The notes: generated from the sequence alone by a model not told the origin. 64,000 nucleotides of DNA from Gemmatimonadota bacterium (GCA_039586795.1 JBDHJS010000001.1:138328-202327), one strand, 5' to 3'; positions 1 to 10,465 are shown, counted from the first letter of the stretch. Translations and numbers: made by a program.

Positions 1-1223
1 AGTGGTCCCCCGATGGTAGCCGAATCGCTTTCGCCGCCCGAGACACACTAGAGCCCTCGGCCACCAGCACGCATGTCGGCGTCATCGAGATCGATGCAAG
101 CGGTGTCGCTGGCGAAGTGACCTGGGTCAGCCGGTCGCTAGACAGGAGCATCAACCAGTATCACTGGGCGTCGGACGGCGAGTCGATCTACTTCTCAGCC
201 GGAGTGCATGGCACGATTCCGATCTACCGAGCGCCGGTGGGCGACGGCGAGGTCCGCCAGGTCGTGTCCGGTGAGCGGGGCGTTCAGAGCTTCGACCTCG
301 CGGGAGAAACGTTGGCTTATTCTATCTCCGAGCCAGCGAATCCCTCCGAGATCTACGTGGCGAACGCAGACGGTGTAAACGAGCGTCGAGTGACCGATCT
401 GAACACCGGCTGGCTCTCGGGCGTCTACGTTCAGCCGCACGCGGGCTTCTGGTACAGAAGCTTCGACGGCAAGCGGGTGCAGGGATGGGTGATAGAGCCC
501 GTAGGTTACGAGCCGGGAAGCCAATACCCGCTGGCGGTGGAAATGCACGGTGGTCCGCACGTCATGTGGGGACCCGGTGAAGCGTCGATGTGGCATGAGT
601 TCCAGTTGCTCGCCGCCAACGGGTATGTCGTGTTATACACGAACCCGAGAGGCAGCGGCGGCTACGGTTACGATTTCAAGCTCCAGATCCAACGCGCCTG
701 GGGTGAGGGACCCATGCGTGATGTCCTGACCGCCGCCGATAGTATCGTGGCCCGCGGATTCATCGACGAGGATCGAATGGTGGTGACGGGCGGAAGCTAC
801 GCCGGCTACCTGACCGCCTACCTGGTGGGGAACGACCATCGCTTTGCAGCCGCCGTTGCCCAGCGCGGCGTGTATGACCTGGCGGTCTTCTTCGGGGAAG
901 GCAACGCATGGCAGTTGGTGCGCTGGGAGTTCGACGCTTATCCGTGGGAGGATCCGGATATTCTGCGTCAGGAATCTCCGATGACCTATGCGCACCTCAT
1001 CGAGACGCCGTTGCTCATCATTCACTCCGATCGCGACCTCAGGACGGGAGTGTCGCAATCAGAGATGCTGTACCGCACTCTCAAGGTTTTAGAGAGACCG
1101 GTCGAATACGCGCGGTATCCGCGTGAAGGGCACGACCTGTCTCGCAGCGGCGAACCGCTGCTGAGGATCGATCGACTGCTTCGGATACTCGAGTTCTTCG
1201 ATCGATATGCAGCTGAACATTGA
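1..1223 (+). CDS. S9 family (prolyl oligopeptidase / acylaminoacyl) peptidase, 5'-truncated by window edge
   Basis: Frame open from base 3 (WSPDGSRIAF propeller motif); HGGP, NPRGSGGYG, nucleophile GGSYAG, catalytic Asp (SDRDLR) and His (EGHDL). Confidence 0.92.
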   Translation, partial: WSPDGSRIAFAARDTLEPSATSTHVGVIEIDASGVAGEVTWVSRSLDRSINQYHWASDGESIYFSAGVHGTIPIYRAPVGDGEVRQVVSGERGVQSFDLAGETLAYSISEPANPSEIYVANADGVNERRVTDLNTGWLSGVYVQPHAGFWYRSFDGKRVQGWVIEPVGYEPGSQYPLAVEMHGGPHVMWGPGEASMWHEFQLLAANGYVVLYTNPRGSGGYGYDFKLQIQRAWGEGPMRDVLTAADSIVARGFIDEDRMVVTGGSYAGYLTAYLVGNDHRFAAAVAQRGVYDLAVFFGEGNAWQLVRWEFDAYPWEDPDILRQESPMTYAHLIETPLLIIHSDRDLRTGVSQSEMLYRTLKVLERPVEYARYPREGHDLSRSGEPLLRIDRLLRILEFFDRYAAEH

Positions 1224-1242
1224 GCAAATGTTCAGCTGCGCT

Positions 1243-3273
1243 TCACTGGGTACCTGCGATCTTCCAGGGAATGACGCCCAGCGCTCGGTACAATTCCGCC
1301 GGGTCGAATAGCACGCCATCCTTCATAACCAGCTCAACGCGTCGTATGTCGGAGATCTCCGCAAGCGGATCCCCATCAACGACGATGATGTCGGCAAGCT
1401 TTCCGGGCTCGATCGAGCCCAGCTGATCGTCACGGTTGGTGACTTGTGCCGCTTCGAGCGTCGCCATACGCAACGCATCGGCGCTCGGTATACCGGCCTC
1501 GACGTAGAGTTCGAGCTCGCGGTGCAGCGTGAAGCCGGCGAGCGCATCAGTGCCGGCCACGAGTTGAACGCCCGACTGATGTAGCTCGTTTACGAAAGCC
1601 AGCATCGCACGGAAGCCCGCCCGATACCGCTCGTCCATCCCATCAGGCACCGGAAGGCCGCCAGCCAGCATTCCCCGTCGCACCTGGGGCGGCAGGCGGT
1701 TGGCGATCAGCTTGTCGCCATCCGCCATCACACCGGGGCGCGCGTTGAACATCGACTCGAAGATCGCAATGGTGGGGTCAACCACGACATCGTTCTCTTT
1801 GAGAAGAGCGATGAATTCCTGCACGCTGTCGGCCTTCAAATCGAGTTCAGAACCGTGTTGCGCCACGGCGATGAACCTAACCGGCGTACGTGTGTCGAGC
1901 GTGTCACCCAGAAAGTTCAAGAACAGCATGTTGATGTGAGTTACCTCGTCCCATCCTTGCTCGACGGCCTGACGCGCCGTCATGAAGGCGGGGATGTGCC
2001 CGCTAACCGGAAGACCGTGGTAGTGCGAACGCTCGATGATTACGGGGACGAGCTCGGTCTTGATCGAACTATAGACTTTGATCTGTTCGTAGCCGAGCTC
2101 TGCGTAACGGTCGATGGCCTGGTTGATCTCCTCGGGCGTATCGACGAGGATCTTTGTCGGCCCGGCGAACGGTCCCGGCCCGTCCATGAAGCCGGCCATC
2201 ACGATCCGCGGGCCGATCGCGGCTCCCTTATTGAACTCCTCGCGTCTCTCCAACAGGTAGTCGATGTCGTTCGCCATGTCGCGTACGCTGGTAACGCCCC
2301 CGGCCAGGTTGAGGAGACCGCCGTCGTCACCGAGGTGAACATGCATGTCCCACAGCCCAGGCATGATGGTCTTGCCGTGAGCATCGATCAGGCGGGCGTC
2401 GGATGGGATCGCGACTTCAGCGTCGCGGCCGACGGCGGTGATTCGGTTGCCGGTGACGACCACCGTCTGCTCCTCGACCATCCTGCCGACGACAGGGTCG
2501 AACAGGTTGGCGCCAACGAAGGCGACCGGCACATCGGGGCGATCAGCAAGGGTTGCGGCAAGCCCCTGCGCACGTCCCGCCTTCGCCTGATCCTGCAACT
2601 CCACGAGCTGCGGCACGACGCTTTCCCAGCCTTCTCTGACGATATCGAGCCATCCCGTCGGCATAGCGAACAGTTCACCTTCGTCATCAAGCCAGAGACG
2701 GAACGGCGAGAAGCCGAGCCCGACGATCGCGTAGTGGTGGACGGTCTTGCGCACGCCATCGGCCTCTACGGTCAGCGAGCCGACCCGTTCGATGGAAGCC
2801 ATACCACCCGGCAGAAGCGCCAACTCTTGTCCCGATGCTGCGAGCAACGCTCTTGCGAGCACAGCCCCGTCCTCGGGCGTCGATTGGAGGGGAGCGTAGA
2901 AGACGGGTGTCGTCGGCGCCATCGACCCTTCTTCAGCGCTGCTCTTCCATGACGCGGATCCGCCTTCGACCCAGTATCGCTCCTCGACGGGCGACTTCAG
3001 GTAATCGTTACCGGTGATCTCGATGCGCGTGGGGATGCCGTTATCGTCGAGCACCAGGATCTGATCGACCGATGGACCCCGCCCGCGATCGTTGAACTCG
3101 AAGTGAGCTCGCCTACTATGAGGCGAGTCGATCCACACGATGTGATATCCGGCAGGATTCCCCTGCATGAGGACCGCATAGCGAAGCGAGTCCGCTTCGC
3201 TTGCTGAGCCGACGGAGGGCACAAGGAAACCTGGAAGCGAGAAGAAGGAGATGACGACGCCTGTGATCCGCAT
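1243..3273 (-). CDS. Secreted amidohydrolase superfamily protein
   Basis: PGLWDMHVH metal motif, AGTD, GSIEPGKLADIIVVDGDP; signal-peptide-like start MRITGVV chosen over the longer ORF start. Confidence 0.88.
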   Translation of the reverse strand: MRITGVVISFFSLPGFLVPSVGSASEADSLRYAVLMQGNPAGYHIVWIDSPHSRRAHFEFNDRGRGPSVDQILVLDDNGIPTRIEITGNDYLKSPVEERYWVEGGSASWKSSAEEGSMAPTTPVFYAPLQSTPEDGAVLARALLAASGQELALLPGGMASIERVGSLTVEADGVRKTVHHYAIVGLGFSPFRLWLDDEGELFAMPTGWLDIVREGWESVVPQLVELQDQAKAGRAQGLAATLADRPDVPVAFVGANLFDPVVGRMVEEQTVVVTGNRITAVGRDAEVAIPSDARLIDAHGKTIMPGLWDMHVHLGDDGGLLNLAGGVTSVRDMANDIDYLLERREEFNKGAAIGPRIVMAGFMDGPGPFAGPTKILVDTPEEINQAIDRYAELGYEQIKVYSSIKTELVPVIIERSHYHGLPVSGHIPAFMTARQAVEQGWDEVTHINMLFLNFLGDTLDTRTPVRFIAVAQHGSELDLKADSVQEFIALLKENDVVVDPTIAIFESMFNARPGVMADGDKLIANRLPPQVRRGMLAGGLPVPDGMDERYRAGFRAMLAFVNELHQSGVQLVAGTDALAGFTLHRELELYVEAGIPSADALRMATLEAAQVTNRDDQLGSIEPGKLADIIVVDGDPLAEISDIRRVELVMKDGVLFDPAELYRALGVIPWKIAGTQ

Positions 3274-3322
3274 GGCACTCGGGTCCTTTCGGCTGAGTGA
3301 TCCGGCCCCGCGGGTGCTGTGA

Positions 3323-4030
3323 CTACTCGGCCAATCCACGGTCGGCCATATATCCAATGATCTCTTCGATGGTCGCTTGTCCTGAATGCAGCGGCGAACC
3401 GACGAGCACAGCGTCGACCTGACCGATCATCAATGCATCGAACAGGTCTGCCACATCTCTGGCCACTCCGTCAGCGATGACCTGCCTGCGGAACGCTGAG
3501 CCTACGCTTTGCAGCAACTCGAAATCGAAGGGGGCCGCTTGCGGATCCGGATCTGCCGATTCGACGATCAGTTCGCCGGCGCCCTGGGCTTCGATTACGG
3601 CCGCCCACGTTGCAGCATCCCATTCCGTATCGCTTCCATCTCGCGCCTCCATGACTCGCCACACGGATCCTTCGGGCCGGACTATCATCGCGACCGCGAC
3701 CGCGTCACCCCCCAGTTCCGTAGCCAGTCGGGCGATCAGGTCGGGGTCCAGCAGCGCCGAGGATTGAACGACGATTCCGTGCGCTCCGGCGGAGAGGAGA
3801 GGGGCGACTTCGGAAGGATCCGACGGCTCGACGCGATACGAGAAGCGGCTCGAAACACAGGACGCAAGGTCTCGCGAGAGCGCTTCCAGAAGTTCGAATG
3901 GCGTTTGCCGTGCGTCGAACAGCAACCTGTTGGCGCCGGCTTCGGCGTAGGCTGCGGCGACTTCAACCGGATCGGCGGATGCGACCCTTGCGTCCTGGCC
4001 AAGCGCCAGCGACGGAATGACTCGTTCCAA
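3323..4030 (-). CDS. HisF/HisA-like TIM-barrel protein, divergent (catalytic Asp residues apparently lost)
   Basis: RVIPSL, DPVEVAAAYAEAGA, PDLIARLA..LG..AVAVA, GAGELI, GFDFELL-like segment and VDAVLVGS.LH.G..TI.EI all align with HisF; TTG start. Confidence 0.8.
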   Translation of the reverse strand: MERVIPSLALGQDARVASADPVEVAAAYAEAGANRLLFDARQTPFELLEALSRDLASCVSSRFSYRVEPSDPSEVAPLLSAGAHGIVVQSSALLDPDLIARLATELGGDAVAVAMIVRPEGSVWRVMEARDGSDTEWDAATWAAVIEAQGAGELIVESADPDPQAAPFDFELLQSVGSAFRRQVIADGVARDVADLFDALMIGQVDAVLVGSPLHSGQATIEEIIGYMADRGLAE

Positions 4031-4033
4031 CGC

Positions 4034-4885
4034 CTACTGGGACTCCTCTTCCTCCGGTTCGATCTCTAGCGGCACATTCTTACGGATTCGATGACTAAAC
4101 AGAGTTATCTCTCTGAAGCCGGCGTTGTGCAGGGTGCGAGCCCCGACGTCGAGCCCCTGATCAAAACTCGAAGGCACGTGACTATCCGTACCGATGGTGA
4201 CCGTGGCGATCTGAGCTTCCTTGGCGAGCTGGAGGACATCGAGGCCCGGATAGGGTTCCGCTGGCGCCTGCACGACGCCCGAAGTGTTCACCTCGATACC
4301 AATCCCCTTGGCGACGAGTTTGTCCAGCACACGTCGGACTTGCGACTCAAACGGTCTGACTTCGAACGCGCCGTAGTACTTGGTGCCGTAACGCTTCACC
4401 ATATCGAAGTGACCGACGACGTCGAAGCCGCCCCAATCCACCATCTCGTCCAAAGCCTCGAAGTAGAGGCCATAGGCATCCGAAACATCGCGATCCTTGA
4501 AATAGCTACCCACCGCGCCACCGGATATCTGGTGACCGTCCACAATGTGCACCGATCCGATAATGAGATCGAAGTCAACCGAGTCGACGAGCGCGTCGAG
4601 CGTCTCGACCCATTCCGGACGGTACTCGAGCTCGGCGCCCAACAGAATCCGCATATCCGGATACTCGGGCTGCAGCCGTTCGATCTCGTGCTGCAACTGT
4701 TCGTAGCGTTGCCGGGCGTCAACGAGATCGAGGACCCAATCACCGTGGTCGGGGCTCAGAACTTCGGCGTGGTTTGTGAAGCAGATCTCATCGAAGCCGA
4801 GATCGAACGCGACCTCGCAGACCTCGGCCGTGCTTCCGCGACCGTCGCTCGAATACTGGTTGTGGAGATGATAGTTGATGCGCAC
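4034..4885 (-). CDS. PHP-family histidinol-phosphatase (HisJ/HisK-like)
   Basis: YHLHNQYSSDG, FTNHA, IIGSVH, VVGHFD, IEVNTSG, IGTDSH; GTG start. Confidence 0.85.
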   Translation of the reverse strand: MRINYHLHNQYSSDGRGSTAEVCEVAFDLGFDEICFTNHAEVLSPDHGDWVLDLVDARQRYEQLQHEIERLQPEYPDMRILLGAELEYRPEWVETLDALVDSVDFDLIIGSVHIVDGHQISGGAVGSYFKDRDVSDAYGLYFEALDEMVDWGGFDVVGHFDMVKRYGTKYYGAFEVRPFESQVRRVLDKLVAKGIGIEVNTSGVVQAPAEPYPGLDVLQLAKEAQIATVTIGTDSHVPSSFDQGLDVGARTLHNAGFREITLFSHRIRKNVPLEIEPEEEESQ

Positions 4886-4889
4886 GGCA

Positions 4890-5546
4890 CTAGCTCTGGT
4901 TGACAACGGCGACGGCAACGCCGTCGCGCGTTGGAACGATTATCGAAGTGAGTCTCGAGTCTTTGGCCAGCATTCGATTGAACTTCTGGATGCTCAAAAC
5001 ACCCGGATCTTCGCTGTCCGTTTCCACGACTCGCCCACTCTTGAACGCATTGTCGCCGATCACAAGCCCACCCGGCCGTATGTTGGCGATAGACCACTCT
5101 AGGTACTGCGGGTAATTCTCCTTGTCCGCGTCGATGAAGACGGCATCGAACGGCCCCGCGGCCGCCAGCTCATCGAGCAAGTCGAAGGCGACACCTTGCC
5201 AGACCTCCGCTCGATCGTCCAGGCCGGCGCGAGCGACAAATCGCCGCGCAAGCTGAGCCCTATCCGGCTCCATCTCCACGCTGATCAACCGGCCGTCGGC
5301 GGGCAGCGCCCGGGCCATCCAGACCGCGCTGTAACCTCCGAGGGTCCCGAGCTCGACGACCGTGCGTGCTCCGATGGCCCTCAGAAGAACCTGCAGCAGT
5401 CGCCCTTCCTCCGCGTCGATGTATATGGCGGGCATGCCCAGCTCGACCATCTCGCGGCGCAAATCCTCCAGGACCTGGTCCTCAGGTGCAAAGAGCTCGG
5501 CAACGTAGCGGGAGCATTCCTCACGAGTAATCTCGTCCGTAGTCAC
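4890..5546 (-). CDS. Class I SAM-dependent O-methyltransferase (CCoAOMT/TrmR-like)
   Basis: VELGTLGGYSAVW, FDAVFIDADK..YP.Y, IGDNA; start position approximate. Confidence 0.9.
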   Translation of the reverse strand: MTTDEITREECSRYVAELFAPEDQVLEDLRREMVELGMPAIYIDAEEGRLLQVLLRAIGARTVVELGTLGGYSAVWMARALPADGRLISVEMEPDRAQLARRFVARAGLDDRAEVWQGVAFDLLDELAAAGPFDAVFIDADKENYPQYLEWSIANIRPGGLVIGDNAFKSGRVVETDSEDPGVLSIQKFNRMLAKDSRLTSIIVPTRDGVAVAVVNQS

Positions 5547-5568
5547 CACCTCCGAAGCGCGACGAGCG

Positions 5569-6963
5569 TCAATCGCTGGCCGGGACGTAACGACCGGCCT
5601 GGTATCTTTGGGCGGATGAAACCCACACCCGTACTTTCGGCGCCGTGGCGACGCGTGGCCGCTCCGAACTGGCCTGAAGTTGCGTGGCCAGAGCATCCGG
5701 GTCGGCGGCGGCCAGCTCTCCCACGGAATTGACGCCCGAATCCCACAACAGCCTGGCGTTATCGACGCCGATTCCCCTCAAGATTATGAGCTGTGCGGCG
5801 CTGACCCAATCCTGTGCATCGGCTGCGGGCGCGCCGGTGGCAGCGGCCACGGCCTCGGGATCCGCTCCGGCCAGCGCGAAGAGATCGACATAGGGAGTGT
5901 CGGCGAGGCGCTCGATCTGAGCGGGGTTGGCAAGCCACATCTCGCTCAATCTTGGCCGAAGCGAGTCGGTGTTCCAGCGATCCATGCCGAAGAGGACGGC
6001 GATGGAGAATACGATGGCGCCGACGACAGCCACCACCGAGCGACCAGGTCGTGGACTGTGCTTGGGTTCGTCGCCTTCATCCTCGGGCACAGCGACGCGA
6101 AGCAGGACGAGTGTCTGGTACATGACGAAGCAGTCGAGGGCGAAAACCGGGAAACCGAAGAACCCGAGCAGCGGCATCTCGAACAGCTTGAAGTTCTCGA
6201 AGCCTGGAACGGTGTAGATCCACTTGCTCCGTGATTCGATGTTGTAGAACTCCCAGAGCAAGCCGATGAACAGGCCACCTGTAAGAAAACGAAGCAGTCG
6301 GCCGGGACGTCCCCGGGATAAGTCACCGAGCAGAGAGCGACTGGGGTCGCGGCTGTAGTTCCACGGCTCGAGCAGCAGCGTCAACGCGCCCCACACCATC
6401 GGGAAGAAGGCACGCGGCCAAGCCATGCTCAGCAGCGCGAACACGACACCGCCCAGGAAGAGAACCAGCAGCCCAGATCGACTAACAGCGAACGTGGGCC
6501 AGCGCAGTTTGTCGTACAGACCTCTGGTGTCAAGCAGGCGCTCGGCCAGGAAGATCGCGGGAAACACTGTCGCAAACGACACCGCCGTACCCAACCATCT
6601 CACGAGCCGGTCAGGTGGCAGATTGACGTAGTACCAGTTCGCCAGTCGAAAATTGACGAGCTCGAAGAAGAACCAGGCGACGGCCGACCAAAAGAGAAGC
6701 GAAGCGGCGAAGCGCGGTCGCGATAACACATAGTAGCGTCCGCTGTGCGCGGCCTGAACCGCGTCGAGCAGCAGGATAGTCGGGTACCAAGCGCAGATAT
6801 AGAAGAAGTTCACGAACGGCCACACCCTGTTGAGCATGAGCACGGCGGCCGTGACGAGGAAGAGCAAAGCGGGCACTCCGACGAGCCACGGTGACGGGCT
6901 AACTGCCGCCTCCCGCGAACTGCCGACCGAACCCGGAGCCATCGTTCCGCTAGTGCTACTCAT
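5569..6963 (-). CDS. Multi-pass membrane protein with C-terminal helix-hairpin-helix (DUF4332-like) domain
   Basis: Several TM segments, LWEFYN...KWIYTVP...FEMPLLGF motif, C-terminal LRGIGVDNARLL..SGV.SV.ELA. Confidence 0.7.
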   Translation of the reverse strand: MSSTSGTMAPGSVGSSREAAVSPSPWLVGVPALLFLVTAAVLMLNRVWPFVNFFYICAWYPTILLLDAVQAAHSGRYYVLSRPRFAASLLFWSAVAWFFFELVNFRLANWYYVNLPPDRLVRWLGTAVSFATVFPAIFLAERLLDTRGLYDKLRWPTFAVSRSGLLVLFLGGVVFALLSMAWPRAFFPMVWGALTLLLEPWNYSRDPSRSLLGDLSRGRPGRLLRFLTGGLFIGLLWEFYNIESRSKWIYTVPGFENFKLFEMPLLGFFGFPVFALDCFVMYQTLVLLRVAVPEDEGDEPKHSPRPGRSVVAVVGAIVFSIAVLFGMDRWNTDSLRPRLSEMWLANPAQIERLADTPYVDLFALAGADPEAVAAATGAPAADAQDWVSAAQLIILRGIGVDNARLLWDSGVNSVGELAAADPDALATQLQASSERPRVATAPKVRVWVSSAQRYQAGRYVPASD

Positions 6964-8750
6964 CAGTCGGTGGATTCCTCCTCGATCAGCGAGTCCAGGC
7001 TGGCCAAACCTGGATCCGCGAAGACGACACGACCGCCTACGATCGTAGCGAGGACTCGTACGTCCTTTATTGCGCCTGGTGCGATGGCCGTGAGGTCGTT
7101 ATCGACGATCGTGAAGTCTGCGAGCTTTCCGACCTCGATGCTCCCCTTGATGTGCTCCTCCCGGGCTGCGTAGGCGTTGTTAATGGTGTAGGCACGAATC
7201 GCGGTCTCTACATCAACACGCTGCTCGGGGAACCAACCCTCAGCCGGTTCGCCGTCGAGCGTCTGGCGCGTCACGGCGGCGTAGATGCCGAGTAGCGGCT
7301 TGGCTGGGTACCAGGCGGCGTTGGTGCCGGGCCAATCGGAACCGAACGAGAGGACGGCGCCACCTTCCTGAAGCGACTTGAACGCATACGCGCCCTTGCA
7401 CCGCTCGTGTCCGATCCGCTCTTCCATCCATCGCATGTCGTCGATGGCATGGTACGGCTGAACCTCCGCGATGACGCCGAGCTCCCCGAACCGTTCGAAG
7501 TCGTCCTCTTCAACTACCTGCGCGTGGATCATCCGAAACCGATGGTCGCCTGGACCGTTACGCTCGATGGCCGCCTCGAACCAATCGAGCAGCGTGTCGA
7601 CGGCAAGGTCGCCGATGGCATGAACCTGTGGGGTCAAGCCCACGGAATCGGCGCCGCGGATCAGTTCGGCGATGCCGGGCGGCTGGAGGACCATGGTGCG
7701 CCAGATACCGCGCTGGTCGGGCTGGTGGTCGTACGGCTCCCGGAAAAGGGCGCTGGAGTTGCCCATGATGCCGTCCACGAAGCCTTTGAGGCCACCGACC
7801 TTCAAGTACTCATCGCCATACCCGTGAGTGATTCCGACGGCGGCCAAATGCTCCCACATGTCCAGCGTCGGTCGCGCGTAGATCCGGACGGTGAGTTGAT
7901 CCCGATCTCTCAAGTACTGAAAGACGCGCATCTGATGGGCGCGCGTGATATCGTGAATGCCGGTCACACCGTTCTCGGCCAGACGCTCCAAGGCGACGTG
8001 AGCTTCCATCACGCGCTGCTCGAACGACTTGGGCGGTACGACGCTGCGCACCAGGTCGACGGCGTTACCCGTCAGGATTCCCGTCGGCTCGCCGGTGGAC
8101 GGATCGCGCTCGATGACGCCGCCCACTGGGTTGCGCGTCCGGCTCGTGATCCCGGCGCGCTCCAATGCCAGTCCGTTAGCCAGATATTCGCTGCCATCCC
8201 ATCGACTGAGCAGTACTGGCGTCTCGGGCGTCAGCTGGTCGATCATTTCGCGATGCGGCTTGAAGCGCTCCTGCGAAGCGTCTCCCGCCTCCCGGCCAGT
8301 CGAGCCCATTTCCCATTCCTCATAGGCTCCCCAATCGCCGTCGAGAATCCAGGCGCCATCCGGCAAGCGGTCGCGAGCACCCTCCACTCTCTGAGCCAGC
8401 ATTTCGGCATCCGAGACGTCGAGCAGGTTGATGCCGAGAAGCAGTCGGGCCGCGTAGTCGAAATGCGTATGGTTGTCGATGAAGCCGGGGATCACAAAAG
8501 CCCCGTCGAGATCGATGACTTCGGTAGTCGATCCTTGGTGGCGTGAGATTTCATCAGCGCTGCCGACGGCGATGATCGCATCGCCTCGCACGGCGACCGC
8601 TTCGGCTCGTGGCATCTCCTCATTCACCGTGTAGATCAGACCGTTTGTGAAGATCAGATCCGCGGTCTCATCCTGCCGCGATGAAATCGTCAACACAGGG
8701 ATAACGACTACTGCGCCCGCAACCGCCATCAGCAACAGGGAGTTTCGCAT
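6963..8750 (-). CDS. Amidohydrolase 3 family (YtcJ-like), exported
   Basis: PGFIDNHTH, KGFVDG, VHAIGD, RMIHAQ, FGSDWP, GSIEVGKLAD. Confidence 0.92.
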   Translation of the reverse strand: MRNSLLLMAVAGAVVVIPVLTISSRQDETADLIFTNGLIYTVNEEMPRAEAVAVRGDAIIAVGSADEISRHQGSTTEVIDLDGAFVIPGFIDNHTHFDYAARLLLGINLLDVSDAEMLAQRVEGARDRLPDGAWILDGDWGAYEEWEMGSTGREAGDASQERFKPHREMIDQLTPETPVLLSRWDGSEYLANGLALERAGITSRTRNPVGGVIERDPSTGEPTGILTGNAVDLVRSVVPPKSFEQRVMEAHVALERLAENGVTGIHDITRAHQMRVFQYLRDRDQLTVRIYARPTLDMWEHLAAVGITHGYGDEYLKVGGLKGFVDGIMGNSSALFREPYDHQPDQRGIWRTMVLQPPGIAELIRGADSVGLTPQVHAIGDLAVDTLLDWFEAAIERNGPGDHRFRMIHAQVVEEDDFERFGELGVIAEVQPYHAIDDMRWMEERIGHERCKGAYAFKSLQEGGAVLSFGSDWPGTNAAWYPAKPLLGIYAAVTRQTLDGEPAEGWFPEQRVDVETAIRAYTINNAYAAREEHIKGSIEVGKLADFTIVDNDLTAIAPGAIKDVRVLATIVGGRVVFADPGLASLDSLIEEESTD

Positions 8751-8833
8751 GGTTCCCGTCCTGCCCGGGGTTGATAGGAATGGATAGTGGCACTTAATGT
8801 AGGCCGAAATCTGGCCTTCAACAGGGCGGCTCC

Positions 8834-10048
8834 ATGAGACGACGCGACTTCTTGATCGGGGCCGGCGCTGCCGGCGCCGGTGTGGCTCTGTACGGTCGAA
8901 TGCCCTTCGGCGCGGCCATGTCGGTGGACGAAGAGACCGACGTACAGGGTATCGACCCTCTACCTTTATCCGCCTACAAACAGCGAATCGAGCGCGCGGG
9001 CTCGCTCATGGCGCAGATGGGATTTGCTGCTCTGTTTTGCGAGCCCTCAACGACATTCAATTACTTGATGGGGGCTAATTTCGGGCGTAGCGAGCGCCTC
9101 ATCGCCCTTGTTCTGGCATCTGACGGCGAGCCGATAGTTGTGGCGCCGCAGTTCGAGGTTGAGCGCGTCGAGCGTAGGGTGAAGTCAGTGTCCGACATCC
9201 GTGGATGGGAAGAGGACGAGAGCCCGTTCGCGCTCGTAGCCGACATTCTCTCGGGACAGCGCCCGGGCAAGATCGCCGTCGAGCCCAGTGCACGTTTTGG
9301 AATGGCGAACCGGCTCCAGGAGGCGATGCCGGACTGGGAGGTTGCGGACGGAACGGCGATGTTCGTGCAACTGCGTATCGTCAAGTCTGAGCCAGAGCTG
9401 GCTTTGATCCGCCGAGCCATCTCGATCACCGAGTCCTCGATCGCCGCAACGTTCGCCGCTCTCGAGCCGCGGCTCACCGATCGCGAAGTGGCGGGCGTGC
9501 TGAGCGGCGAGATGGCCCGACGCGGAGCGCGTGGCGGCGGTCTGGTTCAGTTCGGACCGACCAGCGCCCTGCCCCACGGTGGCACGGAGGGTCGAGCGCT
9601 AGAATCGGGCACTGTGGTTCTCATCGATGCCGGCTGCCGAGTCCACGACTATGCGTCGGACATCACCCGGATGCACTTCTTCGGCGACGACCCTGACGTC
9701 GAATACCGGGAGGTGTTCAACACCGTGTTCTCCGCTCAGAGCGCGGCGTACGAGGCGGGCAAGCCCGGCATGGGGTGTCAGCAGCTGGATCGGATAGCGA
9801 GGAACGTGATAGAGGAGGCGTCATACGGCGAGTATTTCACTCACCGCCTGGGCCACGGCATGGGCATGGACGGTCACGAGCCGCCCTACCTGGTGGAGGG
9901 GAATACCCGCCAACTGGAACCGGGAATGGTGTTCACGATCGAGCCGGGCATCTACCTGCCGGGACGCTGGGGAGTCCGCATTGAAGACGACTTTGTCGTG
10001 CGCGACAACGGACTGGAGGCACTGAGCTCGCGTGTCGCGCCGATATGA
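8834..10048 (+). CDS. Xaa-Pro peptidase (M24B) with Tat signal peptide
   Basis: MRRRDFL twin-arginine signal; LIDAG, YASDITR, HRLGHG.G.DGHE, TIEPG, GVRIED. Confidence 0.93.
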   Translation: MRRRDFLIGAGAAGAGVALYGRMPFGAAMSVDEETDVQGIDPLPLSAYKQRIERAGSLMAQMGFAALFCEPSTTFNYLMGANFGRSERLIALVLASDGEPIVVAPQFEVERVERRVKSVSDIRGWEEDESPFALVADILSGQRPGKIAVEPSARFGMANRLQEAMPDWEVADGTAMFVQLRIVKSEPELALIRRAISITESSIAATFAALEPRLTDREVAGVLSGEMARRGARGGGLVQFGPTSALPHGGTEGRALESGTVVLIDAGCRVHDYASDITRMHFFGDDPDVEYREVFNTVFSAQSAAYEAGKPGMGCQQLDRIARNVIEEASYGEYFTHRLGHGMGMDGHEPPYLVEGNTRQLEPGMVFTIEPGIYLPGRWGVRIEDDFVVRDNGLEALSSRVAPI

Positions 10049-10109
10049 CGGTGGGGGATGCTTGACGCGGTGTAATGGGTTCGAGATATTCGCGCCGCGG
10101 CCCTTTTGG

Positions 10110-10165
10110 TAGACGATAGACAGTAGACAGTAGACAGTAGACGGTGGACGGTGGACGGTGGACGG
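10110..10165 (+). repeat. Tandem heptamer repeat, 8 units
   Basis: TAGACGA, (TAGACAG)x3, TAGACGG, (TGGACGG)x3, read directly. Confidence 0.9.
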
Positions 10166-10204
10166 TCGTGGCGGCGGCGGACAAACGGCAAGGATAGGAG
10201 TGCG

Positions 10205-10465
10205 ATGAAGTTCGAGGTTTCTACTCATATGTCGCCGGAGAAGGTGCTCGAGCAGGCTGAAGCCTACTACGCCGAGCATACCGGGATGACAGTTGCCGAG
10301 CGGGCAGCGGATCGGCTGGAGCTCACCGGCGCGATTGGCAGCGCAGTCATCAAAGCGTATCGGGATCACGGACACACAACGGTTTACGCCGAAACGAACC
10401 GAGGAGTCGGTCTGGACGTCACGGATCAGACGCTTCGGTTCCTGCACCAGATCCCGCACATATAG
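10205..10465 (+). CDS. Small hypothetical protein (86 aa)
   Basis: ATG preceded by AGGAG RBS; globular composition. Confidence 0.7.
   Translation: MKFEVSTHMSPEKVLEQAEAYYAEHTGMTVAERAADRLELTGAIGSAVIKAYRDHGHTTVYAETNRGVGLDVTDQTLRFLHQIPHI

Noticed and set aside
1855..2952. Long antisense ORFs (also 7407-8546, 29842-30717, 39160-40353, 60248-61375)
   Set aside because: Shadow frames opposite well-supported genes, expected in GC-rich DNA; no recognisable motifs
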